Assembly: GCF_044704955.1 (NCBI RefSeq)
Contig: NC_091984.1
Location: forward strand, 106,392,001 to 106,456,000
Source: Pristiophorus japonicus
Lineage: Eukaryota
Direction of reading: 5' to 3'
DNA length: 64,000 nucleotides
Shown here: positions 50,030-62,135 of the stretch, one piece after another
How positions within the stretch are numbered: the first letter of the stretch is position 1
Layout of the letters: each line of letters starts with the position of its first letter
Notes under the pieces: generated by a model
Databases searched by the model: none
The model's input: the letters and a program-made list of their open reading frames with translations, nothing else
What the model was told of the DNA's origin: nothing
Program-made: the position numbers and the translations under genes

Positions 50030-52622
50030 TAGTTAAATAAAGAGTGCCTGTTTCCAATGGCTGAAGGGTTGATAACCAGAGGGCACAGATTTAAAGTGAT
50101 TGGCAAAAGAACCACAGGCAACATGAGGAAAAACTTTTTTACGCAACGTGTGGTTAGGATTTGGAATGCATTGCCTGATAGGGTGGTGGATACTGATTCA
50201 GTCGCAACCTTCAAAAGGGAATTGGATAAATACTTGAAGGAAGAAAAATTGCAGGGATATGAGGAAAGCGCGGGGGAATGGGACTAACTGGATTGCTCTT
50301 TGAAAGAGCCGACGCAGAGGATGGGCCGAATGGTCTCCTTCTATGCTGTATTATTCCATGATTCTATCTTCCTCTGTATCTTGTGCTTTAAAATAAAAAG
50401 TGGGGAATAAAATGAACTACAGCAACAACTTGCATTTGTATAGCGCATTTCTCTAGCACTTGCTCTCTTTCCACCTGCCTTCCCTTTGCGACCTCTAGCT
50501 GCCCCAACTGCCAACCGGAGCCTCAGTTCCTATCCCTTCACTAATAAAGTCATGTCCAACACTGGGCTTAAGTTGGTTAATTACTTTGAGCACCGTATAA
50601 AAGTTTTTTGTTCTGGTTTAAAAAGCACTTAAATCTGGCACTGGTCATTTCCAAGAATACATCTTTTCTTATTATGGAGGTAGAATTTCTTAAAGGGGTT
50701 CCCACTAACTCCACACTACTTCCAGACTCTAGAATCCTAATCCTTCTACTCTGATACCCCAGCACCACTTCAGCACTCTCAGACCCCATGACCTCCCTGC
50801 CACCCCGTGCCTCACCCTGACTACCACATCCTAGTGTTCACACACCCTAGGACTCCCCACTTCTCTACCCCTTACCCAACCCTGATACCCAGTGCCAGTG
50901 CTCCCAAAGCCAGGAACATGGGAACAGGAGCAAACCATTCAACCTCCTTGAGCCTGTTCAACCTTTCCAGCAGATTATGGCTGATCTGTACCTCAGCTCC
51001 ATTTACCAGTCTTTGATCCATATCCCTTGATACCCTTAATGAACAAAAATCTATCAATCTCAGTCTTGAAAATTTCAGCTGGTGAAGAAAGTGTTCCAGA
51101 TTTCCACTACCCTTTGTATGAAAAATGCTTCCTGATTTCACTCTAAATGGCTTAGCTCTAATTTTAAAATTGTGCCACCTTGTTCTGAATTCCACCACCA
51201 GAGGAAATAGTTTCTCTGCATCTTCCCTATCAAATTGCTTTATAATTTTAAACACCTCAATTAGATCAGCCCTCAATATTCTAAACTCCAAGGAATACAA
51301 GCCGAGTTTATGCAACCTGTCCTCATAATTTAACTCTTTCAGCCCAAGTATAATTCTGGTGCACCTAAGCTGTACCTTGTCCAAGGCCAATACATTCTTC
51401 CTGAGGTGCAGTATCCAAACCAAATGCAATACTCCAGTTGGGGTCTGACCAAGGCTCTGTACAACTAAAGCATAACTTCCTTCCTTTTGTATTCCAGCCC
51501 TCTTGAGATAAAGGTCAACATCCCCAATAGCCTTTTTTGATTGCTTTGTGCATTTGCAATAGGTTTTAATGATTTCATGCTCGGGTTGGCAATCAGTAAC
51601 CAGTGGGGTGTCGCAGGGATCAGTGCTGGGACCCCAACTATTTACAATCTGTATTAATAACTTGGAGGAAGGGACTGAGTGTAACGTACCCAAGTTTGCC
51701 GACGATACAAAGATGGGAGGAAAAGCAATGTGTGAGGAGGAGACACAAAATCTGCAAAAGGACAAAGACAGGCTAAGTGAGTGGGCAAAAATTTGGCAGA
51801 TGGAGTATAATGTTGGAAAGTGTGAGGTCATGCACTTTGGCAGAAAAAATCAAAGAGCAAGTTATTATTTAAATGGAGAAAGATTGCAAAGTGCCGCAGT
51901 ACAGCGGGACCTGGGGGTATTAGTGCATGAAACACAAAAGGTTAGTACGCAGATACAGCAAGTGATCAGGATGGCCAATGGAATCTTGGCCTTTATTGCA
52001 AAGGGGATGGAGTATAAAAGTAGGGAAGTCTTGCTACAGTTGTACAGGGTATTGGTGAGGCCACACCTGGAATACTGTGTGCAGTTTTGGTTTCCATATT
52101 TACGAAAGGATATACTTGGTTTGGAGGCAGTTCAGAGAAGGTTCACTAGGTTGATTCCGGAGATGAGGGAGTTGACCTATGAGGAAAGGTTGAGTAGGTT
52201 GGGCCTCTACTCATTGGAATTCAGAAGAATGAGAGGTGATCTTATCGAAACGTATAAGATTATGAGGGGGCTTGACAAGGTGGATGCGGAGAGGATGTTT
52301 CCACTGATAGGGAAGACTAGAACTAGAGGGCATAATCTTAGACTAAGGGGCTGCCCATTTAAAACTCAGATGAGGAGAAATTTCTTCTGAGGGTTGTGGA
52401 TCTATGGAATTAGCTGCCTCAGAGAGCTGTGGAAGCTGGGACATTGAATAAATTTAAGACAGAATAGACATTTTCTTAAACAATAAGGGAATAAGGGTTA
52501 TGGAGAGCGGGCAGGGAAGTGGACTTAAGTCCATGATCGGATCAGCCATGATCGTATTAAATGACGGAGCAGGCTCGAGGGGCCACATGGCCTACTCCTG
52601 CTCCTATTTCTTATGTTCTTAT
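50030..52622. mobile_element. Three CR1 fragments: 3' end plus (~50030-50367), minus copy (~50915-51570), plus copy (~51575-52622)
   Basis: Each has CR1 ORF2 C-terminal motifs and its own 3'UTR. The 51569-52390 ORF (273 aa) carries QGSVLGP, FADDTK and RPHLEYC. Confidence 0.88.
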
Positions 52623-53056
52623 TTATGTACACTGACATCCAAATTCCTTTGCTCTTCCAACCCCCAGATTGCCAAGCTGACTAGAGACATTTTTGTCTTC
52701 CTTAGCTCACTAGTTTTACCAGTTTTCAGCTTGTGCACTGTGATTTTAAAGCAATAAATAGCCTATTCCACTTGGAGTGTAGCATAAATAAATACAAAAT
52801 ATACTTTTTGCGGGACCATTTGTAAATAACCAGAAAATTATAAATTGTGATTCTACCTAGTTGATTATTTTTGAAATAGGACTTAATCTTAAGTTGTTTT
52901 TATTAAGTGATTATATCTTCATGGACTGGATAAGTGTCTGAAAGTTGGAGCAATGTAGCATTTCAAGGTGCTTTACAAAGGTGTTGCATAGATTAATCGT
53001 TGAATATTACACTTTTGCTTACCAGGCTCGGTTTCAGTCTTTTCTTCTTGCTGTAG

Positions 53057-53138
53057 GTATCAAAATTGCAAGAGCAATTAGAAGGAACTATGGAGAAATT
53101 GGAGGAAAGCAAACAGCTCCTCAAAACAAATGAAAATG
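53057..53138 (+). CDS. SASS6: SAS-6 coding exon 12 (remaining exons lie beyond the window)
   Basis: ctgtag| VSKLQEQLEGTMEKLEESKQLLKTNEN+G |gtaagt. 82 nt. Confidence 0.96.
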
Positions 53139-53196
53139 GTAAGTATGCTGCAAGAATATTCTCTCGTACTGCAATTCGGCAGTGGCAGCGGGATTA

Positions 53197-56115
53197 GACC
53201 TACTTGCCTTAGAGGGAGTGCAACGAAGGTTCACTAAACTGGTTCCTGGGATGAGGGGATTGCCCTGTGAGGAGAGATTGAGTAGACTAGGCCTATATTC
53301 CCTAGAGTTTAGAAGAATGCGAGGTGATCAAATTGAAACATATAAAATGCTTAAGGAGCTTGACAGGGTTAATGCTGAGAAAATGTTTCCCTTAGCTGGT
53401 GAATCTAGAACATGGGGTCACAGTCTCAGAATAAAGGGTTGGCCATTTAAGACTGAGATAAGGAGAAATTTCTTCACTGAATGGGTTGTGAATAGCTTCC
53501 ATATGTACGCTAATGACACCCAGCTCTACCTCACCACCACTTCTCTCGACCCCTCCACGGTTTCAAAATTGTCAGACTGCTTGTCCGACATCCAGTTCTG
53601 GATGAGCAGAAATTTTAATATAATCATAGACATTTATAGCACAGAAGAAAGCCATTCGACCCATCGTGTCCATGCCAGCCGACAAAGAGCTATCCAGACT
53701 AATTGCACTTTCCAGCTCTTGGTCCGTAGCCTTGTAGGTTGCAGCCCTTCAAGAGCATATCTAACTACTTTTTAAATGTGGTGAGGGTTTCTGCCTCTAC
53801 TACCCTTTCAGGCAGTGAGTTCCAGACCCCCACCAACCTCTGGGTGAAGAAATTTCCCCTCATATCTCCTCTAAACCTCCCCCCAATTGCCTTAAATCTA
53901 TGCCCCCTGGTTGTTGACTCCTCTGCCAAGGGAAACAGGTCCTTCCTATCTACGCTATACAGGCCCTCATAATTTTATACACCTTAATCAGGTCTCCCCT
54001 TCACCTCCTCTGTTCCAAAGAAAACAGATCCAGCATCTCCAATCTTTCCTCAGACAAAATTCTCCAGTCCAGGCAACATTCTTGTAAATCTCCTCTGCAC
54101 CCTTTCCAGTGCAGTCACATCTTTCCTGTAATGTGGTGACCAGAACTGCACGCAGTACTCCAACTGCGGCTTAAACAGTGTCTTATATAGTTCCAGCATA
54201 ACCTCCGTGCTCTTGTATTCCATGCCTCGAGTAATAAAGTATTCCATATGCCTTCTTAACTACCGTATCTACGTGGCCTGCTACCTTCAGGGATCTATGG
54301 ACCTGCACTCCAAGGTTCCTTTGTTCCTCTACATTTTTCAGTGTCGTACCATTTAATGTATACTCCCTTACCTTGTTGGACCTCCCCAAATGCATTCCCT
54401 CACACTTATCCGGATTGAATTCCATTTGTCACTGTTCTGCCCACCTGACCAATACATTGATATTTTTCTGCGTCCACAGCTTTCTTCTTCATTATCAACC
54501 ACACAGCCTATTTTAGTGTCATCTGCAAACTTCTTGATCATACCCCCAACATTCAAGTTCAGGTCATTGATATATACCACAAAAAGCAGGGGACCCAGCA
54601 CTGAGGCCTGTGGAACCCCATTGGATACAGCCTTCCAATCATAAAAACACCCATCAACCATTACCCTTTGCTTCATGACTCGGAGCCAATTTTGGATCCA
54701 ACTTGCCACTTTGCTCTCGATCCCATGGGCTATTGCTTTCATGACCAGTCTGCCATGTGGGACCTTATCAAAAGCTTTATTAAAATCCATATACATTACA
54801 TCATATGCATTGCCCTCATCAACCCCAATCCTTGCTGACTATCCTTGATTAATCCATGTCTTTCCAAATGAAGATTTATCCTGTCCCTCAGGACTTTTTC
54901 CAATAATTTTCCCACCACCGAGGTTAGGCTGACTGGCCTGTAATTACTCGGTCTAACCCTTTCTCCCTTTTTAAACAAAGGTACAACATTAGCAGTTCTC
55001 TGACACACCTGTAGCCAGAGAGGATTGGGAAATGAAGGTCAGAGTCTCTGCTATTTCCTCTTTTGCTTCGCTTAACAGCCTGGGATATTTTTCATCCGGG
55101 CCTGTGGATTTATCCACTTTCAAAGCTGTTAAGCACCTGAATACTTCCTCTCTTGCTACGTTTATCTCGTCTAAAATTTCACACTCCGTCTCCCTGATTG
55201 CAAAGTCTGCATCGCCACAGATGCAAAGAATCATACCCATGTCTTCTGCCTCCACACACACATTTCCTTCATGATCCCCAATAGGTCCCACTCTTTCTCT
55301 AGTTATCCTCTTGCTCTTAATGAATTTATAAAACATATTTTGGTTTTCCTCTTTGGTTTCTTGATATCTTTTTTAATTGCACCCCTGCAGTTTTTATACT
55401 CCTCTAGAGTTTCTGCAGTATTGAGTTCTCGGTATCTGTCATAGCTTCCCTTTTTTTCTTTCTCTTACCCTGTATGTCCAGCGACATCCAGGGGGCTCTA
55501 GATTTGTTAGCCCCACCTTTTTTTAATATAAAAGGGAACATACTTGTTCTGTACCCCCAGGATCTCCTCCTTGAATGCCTCCCACTGCTCTTACACTGAT
55601 TTACCATCAAAGTAGCCATTGCCAGTCCACTTAGGCCAAATTCCATCTCAGCTCAGCAAAATTGGCTTTACCCCAGTTGAAAACTTTTATTCCTGGTCCA
55701 CCTTTGTCCATATCCATAATTACCCTAAATCTTACTGAATTATGATCACTAGCACCAAAATGCTCTCCCACTGATACCCCTTCCACCTGCCCCTCTTCAT
55801 CCCCCAAAACCAAGTTCAGAACTGCCTTCTCCCTTGTTGAGCTTGTTACACACTAGCTAAAGAAGTTCTCCTGAATGCATTTTAGGAATTCTGCATTCTC
55901 TATCATTTACACTACTTTTTTCCCAGTTAATATTAGGGTAGTTGAAATCCTTCAGTATTACAGCTCAATAGTTTTTGCACTTCGCAGCAAATTTGCACAC
56001 ACATTCTTTTATCTCCCTCTGACTGTTTGGGGGTCTATAGTACACTCCCAGTAGTGTGATTGCCCCATTTTTGTTCTTCAATTCAACCCATAGGGCCTCG
56101 TTTGATGACCTCTCT
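53197..56115. mobile_element. CR1 fragment (plus, ~53197-53492), L2 RT piece (~53495-53612) and long minus-strand CR1 (~53625-56115)
   Basis: Motifs RRMRGD; FHMYANDTQLYL..WMSRNF; MDFNKAFDKVPHGRL, FADDTK, NYRPVSLTSVVGK and EHFGASDHNSV. Confidence 0.85.
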
Positions 56116-56117
56116 AA

Positions 56118-57078
56118 CATAGGCAGTCCCTCGAAATCAAGGAAGACTTGCTTCCATTCTAAAAGTGAGCTCTCGGGTGACTATACAGTCCCAATACAGG
56201 AATTACACAGTCTCTATCACAGGTGGGACAGACAGTCGTTGCAGGAATGGGTAGATTGGGAGTCTAGTTTGCTGCACGCTCCTTCTGCTGCCTGTGCTTG
56301 TTTTCTGCATGCTCTCGGCGACGAGACTCGAGGTGCATAGTGCCCTCCCGGATGTTCTTCCTCCACTTAGGGTGACCTTGGGCCAGGGATTCCCAGGTAT
56401 CGGTGGGGTGTTGCACTTTATTAAGGAGGCTTTGAGGGTGTCCTTGAAATGTTTCCTCTACGCACCTGGGGATCGCTTGCCGTGTACGAGTTCTGAATAG
56501 AGCGCTTGCTTTGGGAGTGGTGTGTCGGGCATGAGGACGATGTGGCCCGCCCAACGGAGCTGGTCGAGTGTAGTCAGTGCTTCGATGCTGGGGATGTTGG
56601 CCTGATCGGGATGCATGACCTCACCTCTCTCATCTGGAAGGAGGAGTGCATGCCTGGAGATCTCAGAGATGCCGTAATCGTGACCATCTTTAAAAAAAGG
56701 GACAAGTCCGACTGCGGCAACTACAGAGGAATCTCCCTGTTGTCGGCCACTGGGAAAGTTATCGCTAGAATCATCCTCAACCGTCTTCTCCCTGTGACTG
56801 AAGAGTTCCTCCCAAAGTCACAATGCATATTCCGTCCACTAAGAGGTACAGTGGACATGATTTTAAATGGCGTGACAATTGCAAGAGAAATGCAGGGAGC
56901 ATGGCCTTCTTTGACCTCATAAAGGCCTTTGACACTATTAGCCGCGAGGTACTATGGAGCGTCCTCCTCTATTTCGTCCAACCCCAAAAGTTTGTTGCCA
57001 TTTTCCGCCTGCTCCACGACGACATGCAAGCCCTGATCCTGACCAATGGATCCACCACAGACCCAATCCACATCCAAT
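56118..57078. mobile_element. RTE LINE: 3' part minus (~56118-56606) joined to an inverted RT part plus (~56608-57078)
   Basis: RTE tail reverse complement ATAGGCAGTCCCTCG at the left. DLRDAVIVTIFKK..DCGNYRGISLLS on the plus strand. Confidence 0.82.
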
Positions 57079-57119
57079 ATATCATCCCTTCTCACAGCTG
57101 CAATGAGTGATTATAATCC

Positions 57120-60100
57120 AGTAACATCCAAGATGGCGGACGAGATGGCAGCTCCCTAGGAAGCTCTCCCTGAACAAATATCCCCCTGGCCATCTGCTGC
57201 CATCCTTCACTCTTCTCTTCCCCCAATCTACCCCCTCCACTGTTTAAGCTCCCCCTGGCCCTAATAGTGGGTACATTTCCTACCCCTAAAACCCATGCTG
57301 CAAGGGCAGCTCCTTCGGTCCACTGCCCATCCCCCAACCACGACTGCTCACCATCATTGAGCGCTGAACTTACCTTCCAGATCGACATTCCTGCTGCCAA
57401 GACTTTCCACCTGGACCTTCCTGTTACCAAGACTTTCGCTCCCCACTGGATGTGGCCGACTCAGCTGCTTCATCCGATCCCCGACGGCGTCCAGTGAGGG
57501 TTTGGGCCCTACCTTCTCTCTCCGTCCTCACGTTCAGGCCTCCCTCCCTCCGGCGACGTTCAGGCCTCCCTCCCTCCGGCGACGTTCAGGCCTCTCTCCC
57601 TCCGGCGACGTTCAGGCCTCCCTCCCTCCGGCGACGTTCAGGCCTCTCTCCCTCCGGCGACGTTCAGGCCTCTCTCCCTCCGGCGACGTTCAGGCCTCCC
57701 TCCCTCCGGCGACATTTGCGCCTCCCTCCCTCCCTCCCTCCAGCGACGTTTGCGCCTCCCTCCCTCCCTCCGGCGACGTTTGCGCCTCCCTCCCTCCCTC
57801 CGGCGACGTTTGCGCCTCCCTCCCTCCCTCCGGCGACGTTTGCGCCTCCCTCCCTCCCTCCGGCGACGTTTGCGCCTTCCTCCCTCCCTCCGGCGACGTT
57901 TGCGCCTCCCTCCCTCCCTCCGGCGACGTTTGCGCCTCCCTCCCTCCCTCCCTCCAGCGACGTTTGCGCCTCCCTCCCTCCCTCCGGCGACGTTTGCGCC
58001 TCCCTCCCTCCCTTCGGCGACGTTTGCGCCTCCCTCCCTCCCTCCGGCGACGTTTGCGCCTCCCTCCCTCCCTCCGGCGACGTTTGCGCCTCCCTCCCTC
58101 CGGTGACGTTTGCGCCTCCCTCCCTCCGCCGACGTTCGGGCCTCCCTCCCTCTGGCGACGCCCTAGCCTTCCTCCCTCCGGCCGCTGGTCCCACTCAACT
58201 GCGGAGCCCCTGGCGAGCACGTGGTGCGCACAATGGCAGCAACCATTCTGACCTCTCCTCCTTCCACGAAGTGCACCTCTGGCCATCCCAATGCCTGCCC
58301 TCAATCAGGAGCTAATACTTGGGAGAGGGAAGCATTATCTCAAATCTCTCTTCCCCCACTTTCCATGCCTCGGATCTCTCACCATCTCATCAAAGGGCGC
58401 TGCTCAGAGCCAAGCTTATGGCTCGTATTCCACCGTAGACAACTAGGCCCATATAGTAGAGCCTGGTCTGTAGTCGTCTTAAATCCGCTTGCCACTGGAC
58501 CAAGACCTTGCTCTGCTAAGCCCGTGTGGTCGCCGGCGTGCAACGGCCACCTCACATTAAAAGAATTCACGCACCGGCATCTTCCACCCTTCAAAATGAA
58601 GTTCGGGACCTGGAACGTCAAGACCTTCATGGACAACCCCAACAATGACAGACTGGAACGTCGCACCGCCATTGTTGCCCGGAAACTCAGACGCTTCGAC
58701 GTCGACATTGCCATCCTAAGTGAGACCCGCCGGGCAGGGGAAGGCCAGCTCAAAGAACAAGGTGATGGTTACACCACCTTCTTCTGGAAAGGCAAACCTG
58801 AAGAAGAACGCCGCCTCCATGGAGTTGGCTTTGCCATCAAGAATGAGTTGGTCGGCCGCCTCAGAGACTCCCCCTGCAGGATAAGCGAATGTCTCATGAC
58901 TCTCCGGCTCACCCTAGCCCAGAACCAGTGCGCCACAGTTATCAGCACGTACTCCCCAACACTCAACGCAACAGATGAGACAAAAGAGGAATTCTACTCC
59001 AGCCTCGAACAATCCCTGTCCTGAGTCCCTACGGACGACAAACTGATCCGCCTCGGCGACTTCTACGCCAGAGTCGGTAAGGACACAGACCTCTGGGGCA
59101 GCGTGATCGACAGAGAGGGGGTAAAAAAAACAACTTCAGCGGTACCCTGCTCCTGACAAAATGCCAACAACATGACCTAGTCATCACCAACACCTTGTTC
59201 CATCAGAGAGACAAGTACAAGGCATCGTGGCTACTCCATCGCTCCAAGCACTGGCACCTGCTCGACTGTCATCGTCTGAGCGAGGGACCGCAAGGACGTG
59301 CACATTACCCACACCATGATAGGAGCCGATGACGGCTGGACGGATCACCACCTAACCCGCTCCGTCATCAACATCAATATAGCCCCAAAGCAGCGATGGC
59401 AATAGAAACAATGCCGCAGAAAAATCAACGCCATGGTATTCAAAGACCCAGTTAAGAAAGCCCTATACAGCCAGTGCCTCAGTGCCAACCTAGCAACCCT
59501 CGATGACCCCGAGACGCAGAATGCCCACAGCGCCTGGTCTGCCCTCAAGGCCACCATAACTAGTGCCTGCGAAGAGACGCTCGGTCACTCAACCAGGAAA
59601 CTCCAAGATTGGTTTGACGAGAACGACCAGGCGATCCAGGAGCTAATAAGCCACAAGCGCAAGGCATTTCTGAACTTAAAGCAGCAACCCAACTCGGGAG
59701 CAGCAAAGCAGCTCTACAGACGGCTGAAGGCCAAGGTCCAACAAAAAACCCGCGACTTAAAGAATAGATGGTGGGTGGAGAAAGCACAGGAGATCCAGCA
59801 GTTGGCGTGCAAGGATTCTTCACCGCAGTTAAGACCACCGACAGCCCAAGCACCCAAAGCCCCACCCCACTGCTGGCCAAGAACGGGGAGGCACTCATTA
59901 AGAACACTGAGGCAGTCAGGGCCCGCTGGAAGGAGCACTTTGAAGATCTCCTCGACTTTATCCCACAGCATGCTGCCCGCCACCATCTCAGCAAAACCCC
60001 ATCCCTGCACGAGGTAGAAAAGGCCATCCGTCAGTTCAAGAACAACAAGGCATCAGGAGCCGATGCAATCCCTGCTGAGGCACTAAAGTATGGCGGAGAA

Positions 60101-61416
60101 GCACTATTGGTACAAATGCATGGCCTCCTCTCTCTTATCTGGAAGGAGGAGAGCACGCCGAGAGATCTCAGACGCTGTAATCGTGACCATCTTCAAGAAA
60201 GGGGACAGGTTCGACTGCGGTAACTGCAGAGGAATCTCCCTGCTGTCGGTCACTGGGAAAGTCATCGCAAGAATCCTCCTCAACTGTCTTCTCCCTGTGG
60301 CTGAAGAGCTCCTGCCAGTGTCACAATGCGAATTTTGTCCACTAAGGGGTACAATAGACATGATCTTCACCGTGCGACAACTACAAGACAAATGCAGGGA
60401 ACAGCATCAACCCTTGTACATGGCCGCCTTTGACCTCATCAAGACCTTTGACACTGTCAACCATGAGGCACTATGGTGCGTCCTCCTCCGTTTCGGCAGC
60501 TCCAAAGGTTTGACACCATCCTTCGCCTGCTCCACGACAACATGCTAGCCGTGATCCTGATCAACGGATCCACCACAGACCCAATCCACGTCCAGACCGG
60601 GGTCAAGCAGGGCTGCGTCATCGCGCCAACACTCTTCTCGATCTTCCTTGCTGTAATGCTCCATCTCTCTCTCAACAGGTTCTCCGCTGGAGTGGAACTA
60701 AACTATAGAACCAAGGCTAGATCCAAGGTCGTCCCATCCTCTGTCATCGAACTACAGTATGCGGACGACGCTTGCATCTGCGCACATTCAGAGACCGAAC
60801 TCCAAGCTATCGTCAGCATCTTCACCGAAGCGTACGAAAGCATGGGCCTTACACTAAACATCTGTAAGACAAGATCCTGACCCCGCCGCACAGCACTGCC
60901 CCCCCCCCCCCCCCCCCCCCCGTTCATCAAAATTCACGGCGTGGCCTTGGACAACGTGGACCATTTTCCTTACCTCAGGAGCCTACTATCAGCAAGGGCA
61001 GACATCTACGACGAGGTCCAACAATGCCTCCAGTGTGCCAGCGCAGCCTTCGGTCGCCTGAGGAAGAGAGTGTTTAAAGACCAGGACCTCAAATCTGGCA
61101 CCAAGCTTATGGTCTACAGGGCAGTAGTGATATCCGCCCTCCTATATGACCCAGAGACATGGACCATATACAGTAGACACCTCAAAGCGTTGAAAAAGTA
61201 CCATCAATGCTGCCTCTGCATGATCCTGCAAATCCACTAGAAGGATAGACGCACCAACGTCAGTGTTCTCGCTCAGGCCAACATCTCCAACATTGAAGCA
61301 CTGACCACCCATGACCGGCTCCGTTGGGTGGGCCACATTGTCTGAATGCCTGAAACGAGACTTCCAAAGCAAGCGCTGTACTCGGAACTCATACACGGCA
61401 AGTGATCCCTAGGTGG
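57120..61416 (+). mobile_element. Near full-length RTE-clade LINE (long 5'UTR with minisatellite; APE-RT ORF from ATG ~58596; decayed); 3' end interrupted by CR1/Tx1
   Basis: MKFGTWNV..LSET..GVGF..YSPT (APE), then KASGADAIPAE, GVKQGCVIAP, LQYADD and LRWVGH. Multiple stops and frameshifts. The 5' boundary is inferred. Confidence 0.9.
57528..58160. repeat. C-rich/CpG-rich minisatellite (~20 units of 26-34 bp, core CCCTCCGGCGACGTT) in the RTE 5' region
   Basis: Early units end ...GACGTTCAGG (26 bp) and later units end ...GACGTTTGCG (30 bp). Confidence 0.95.
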
Positions 61417-62135
61417 GCATAAGAACATAAGAACATAAGAATTAGGAACAGGAGTAGGCCATCTAGCCCCTCGAGTCTGCTCCGCCATTCAACAAGATCA
61501 TGGCTGATCTGACCGTGGACTCAGCTCCACTTACCCGCCCGCTCCCCGTAACCCTTAATTCCCTTATTGGTTAAAAATCGATCTATCTGTGACTTGAATA
61601 CATTCAATGAGCTAGCCTCAACTGCTTCCTTGGGCAGAGAATTCCACAGATTCACAACCCTCTAGGAGAAGAAATTCCTTCTCAACTCGGTTTTAAATTG
61701 GCTCCCCCGTATTTTGAGGCTGTGCCCCCTAGTTCTAGTCTCTCCGACCAGAGGAAACAATCTCTCTGCCTCTATCTTGTCTATCCCTTTCATGATTTTA
61801 AATGTTTCTATAAGATCACCCCTCATCCTTCTGAACTCCCAACGAGTAAAGACCCAGTCTACTCAATCTATCATCATAAGGTAACCCCCTCATCTCCGGA
61901 ATCAGCCTAGTGAATCGTCTCTGTACCCCCTCCAAAGCTAGTATATCCTTCCTTAAGTAAGGCGACCAAAACTGCAAGCAGTACTCCAGGTGCGGCCTCA
62001 CCAATTCCCTATACAGTTGCAGCAGGACCTCCCTGCTTTTGTACTCCACCCCTCTCACAATGAAGGCCAACGTTCCATTCGCCTTCCTGATTACCTGCTG
62101 CACCTGCAAACTAACTTTTTGGGATTCATGCACAA
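61417..62135 (-). mobile_element. CR1 3' fragment inserted in the RTE, itself interrupted by Tx1
   Basis: (TAAGAACA)n tail reverse complement at 61420. ORF 61816-62133 encodes LYRELVRPHLEYC. Confidence 0.9.

Noticed and set aside
50872-51831. 319-aa minus-strand ORF and 53182-53775 ORF as novel genes
   Set aside because: Chance read-through across junctions of adjacent CR1/CR1 and CR1/L2 fragments.
57452-58315. Long overlapping Pro/Arg/Gly-rich ORFs (also 12720-13534 and 36155-36669)
   Set aside because: Artefacts of stop-free GC-rich tandem repeats that are open in several frames on both strands.
57100-58600. HDV-like self-cleaving ribozyme in the RTE 5'UTR
   Set aside because: Known for some RTEs, but I could find only simple hairpins and not the nested double pseudoknot. 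It needs an RNArobo/Infernal search.
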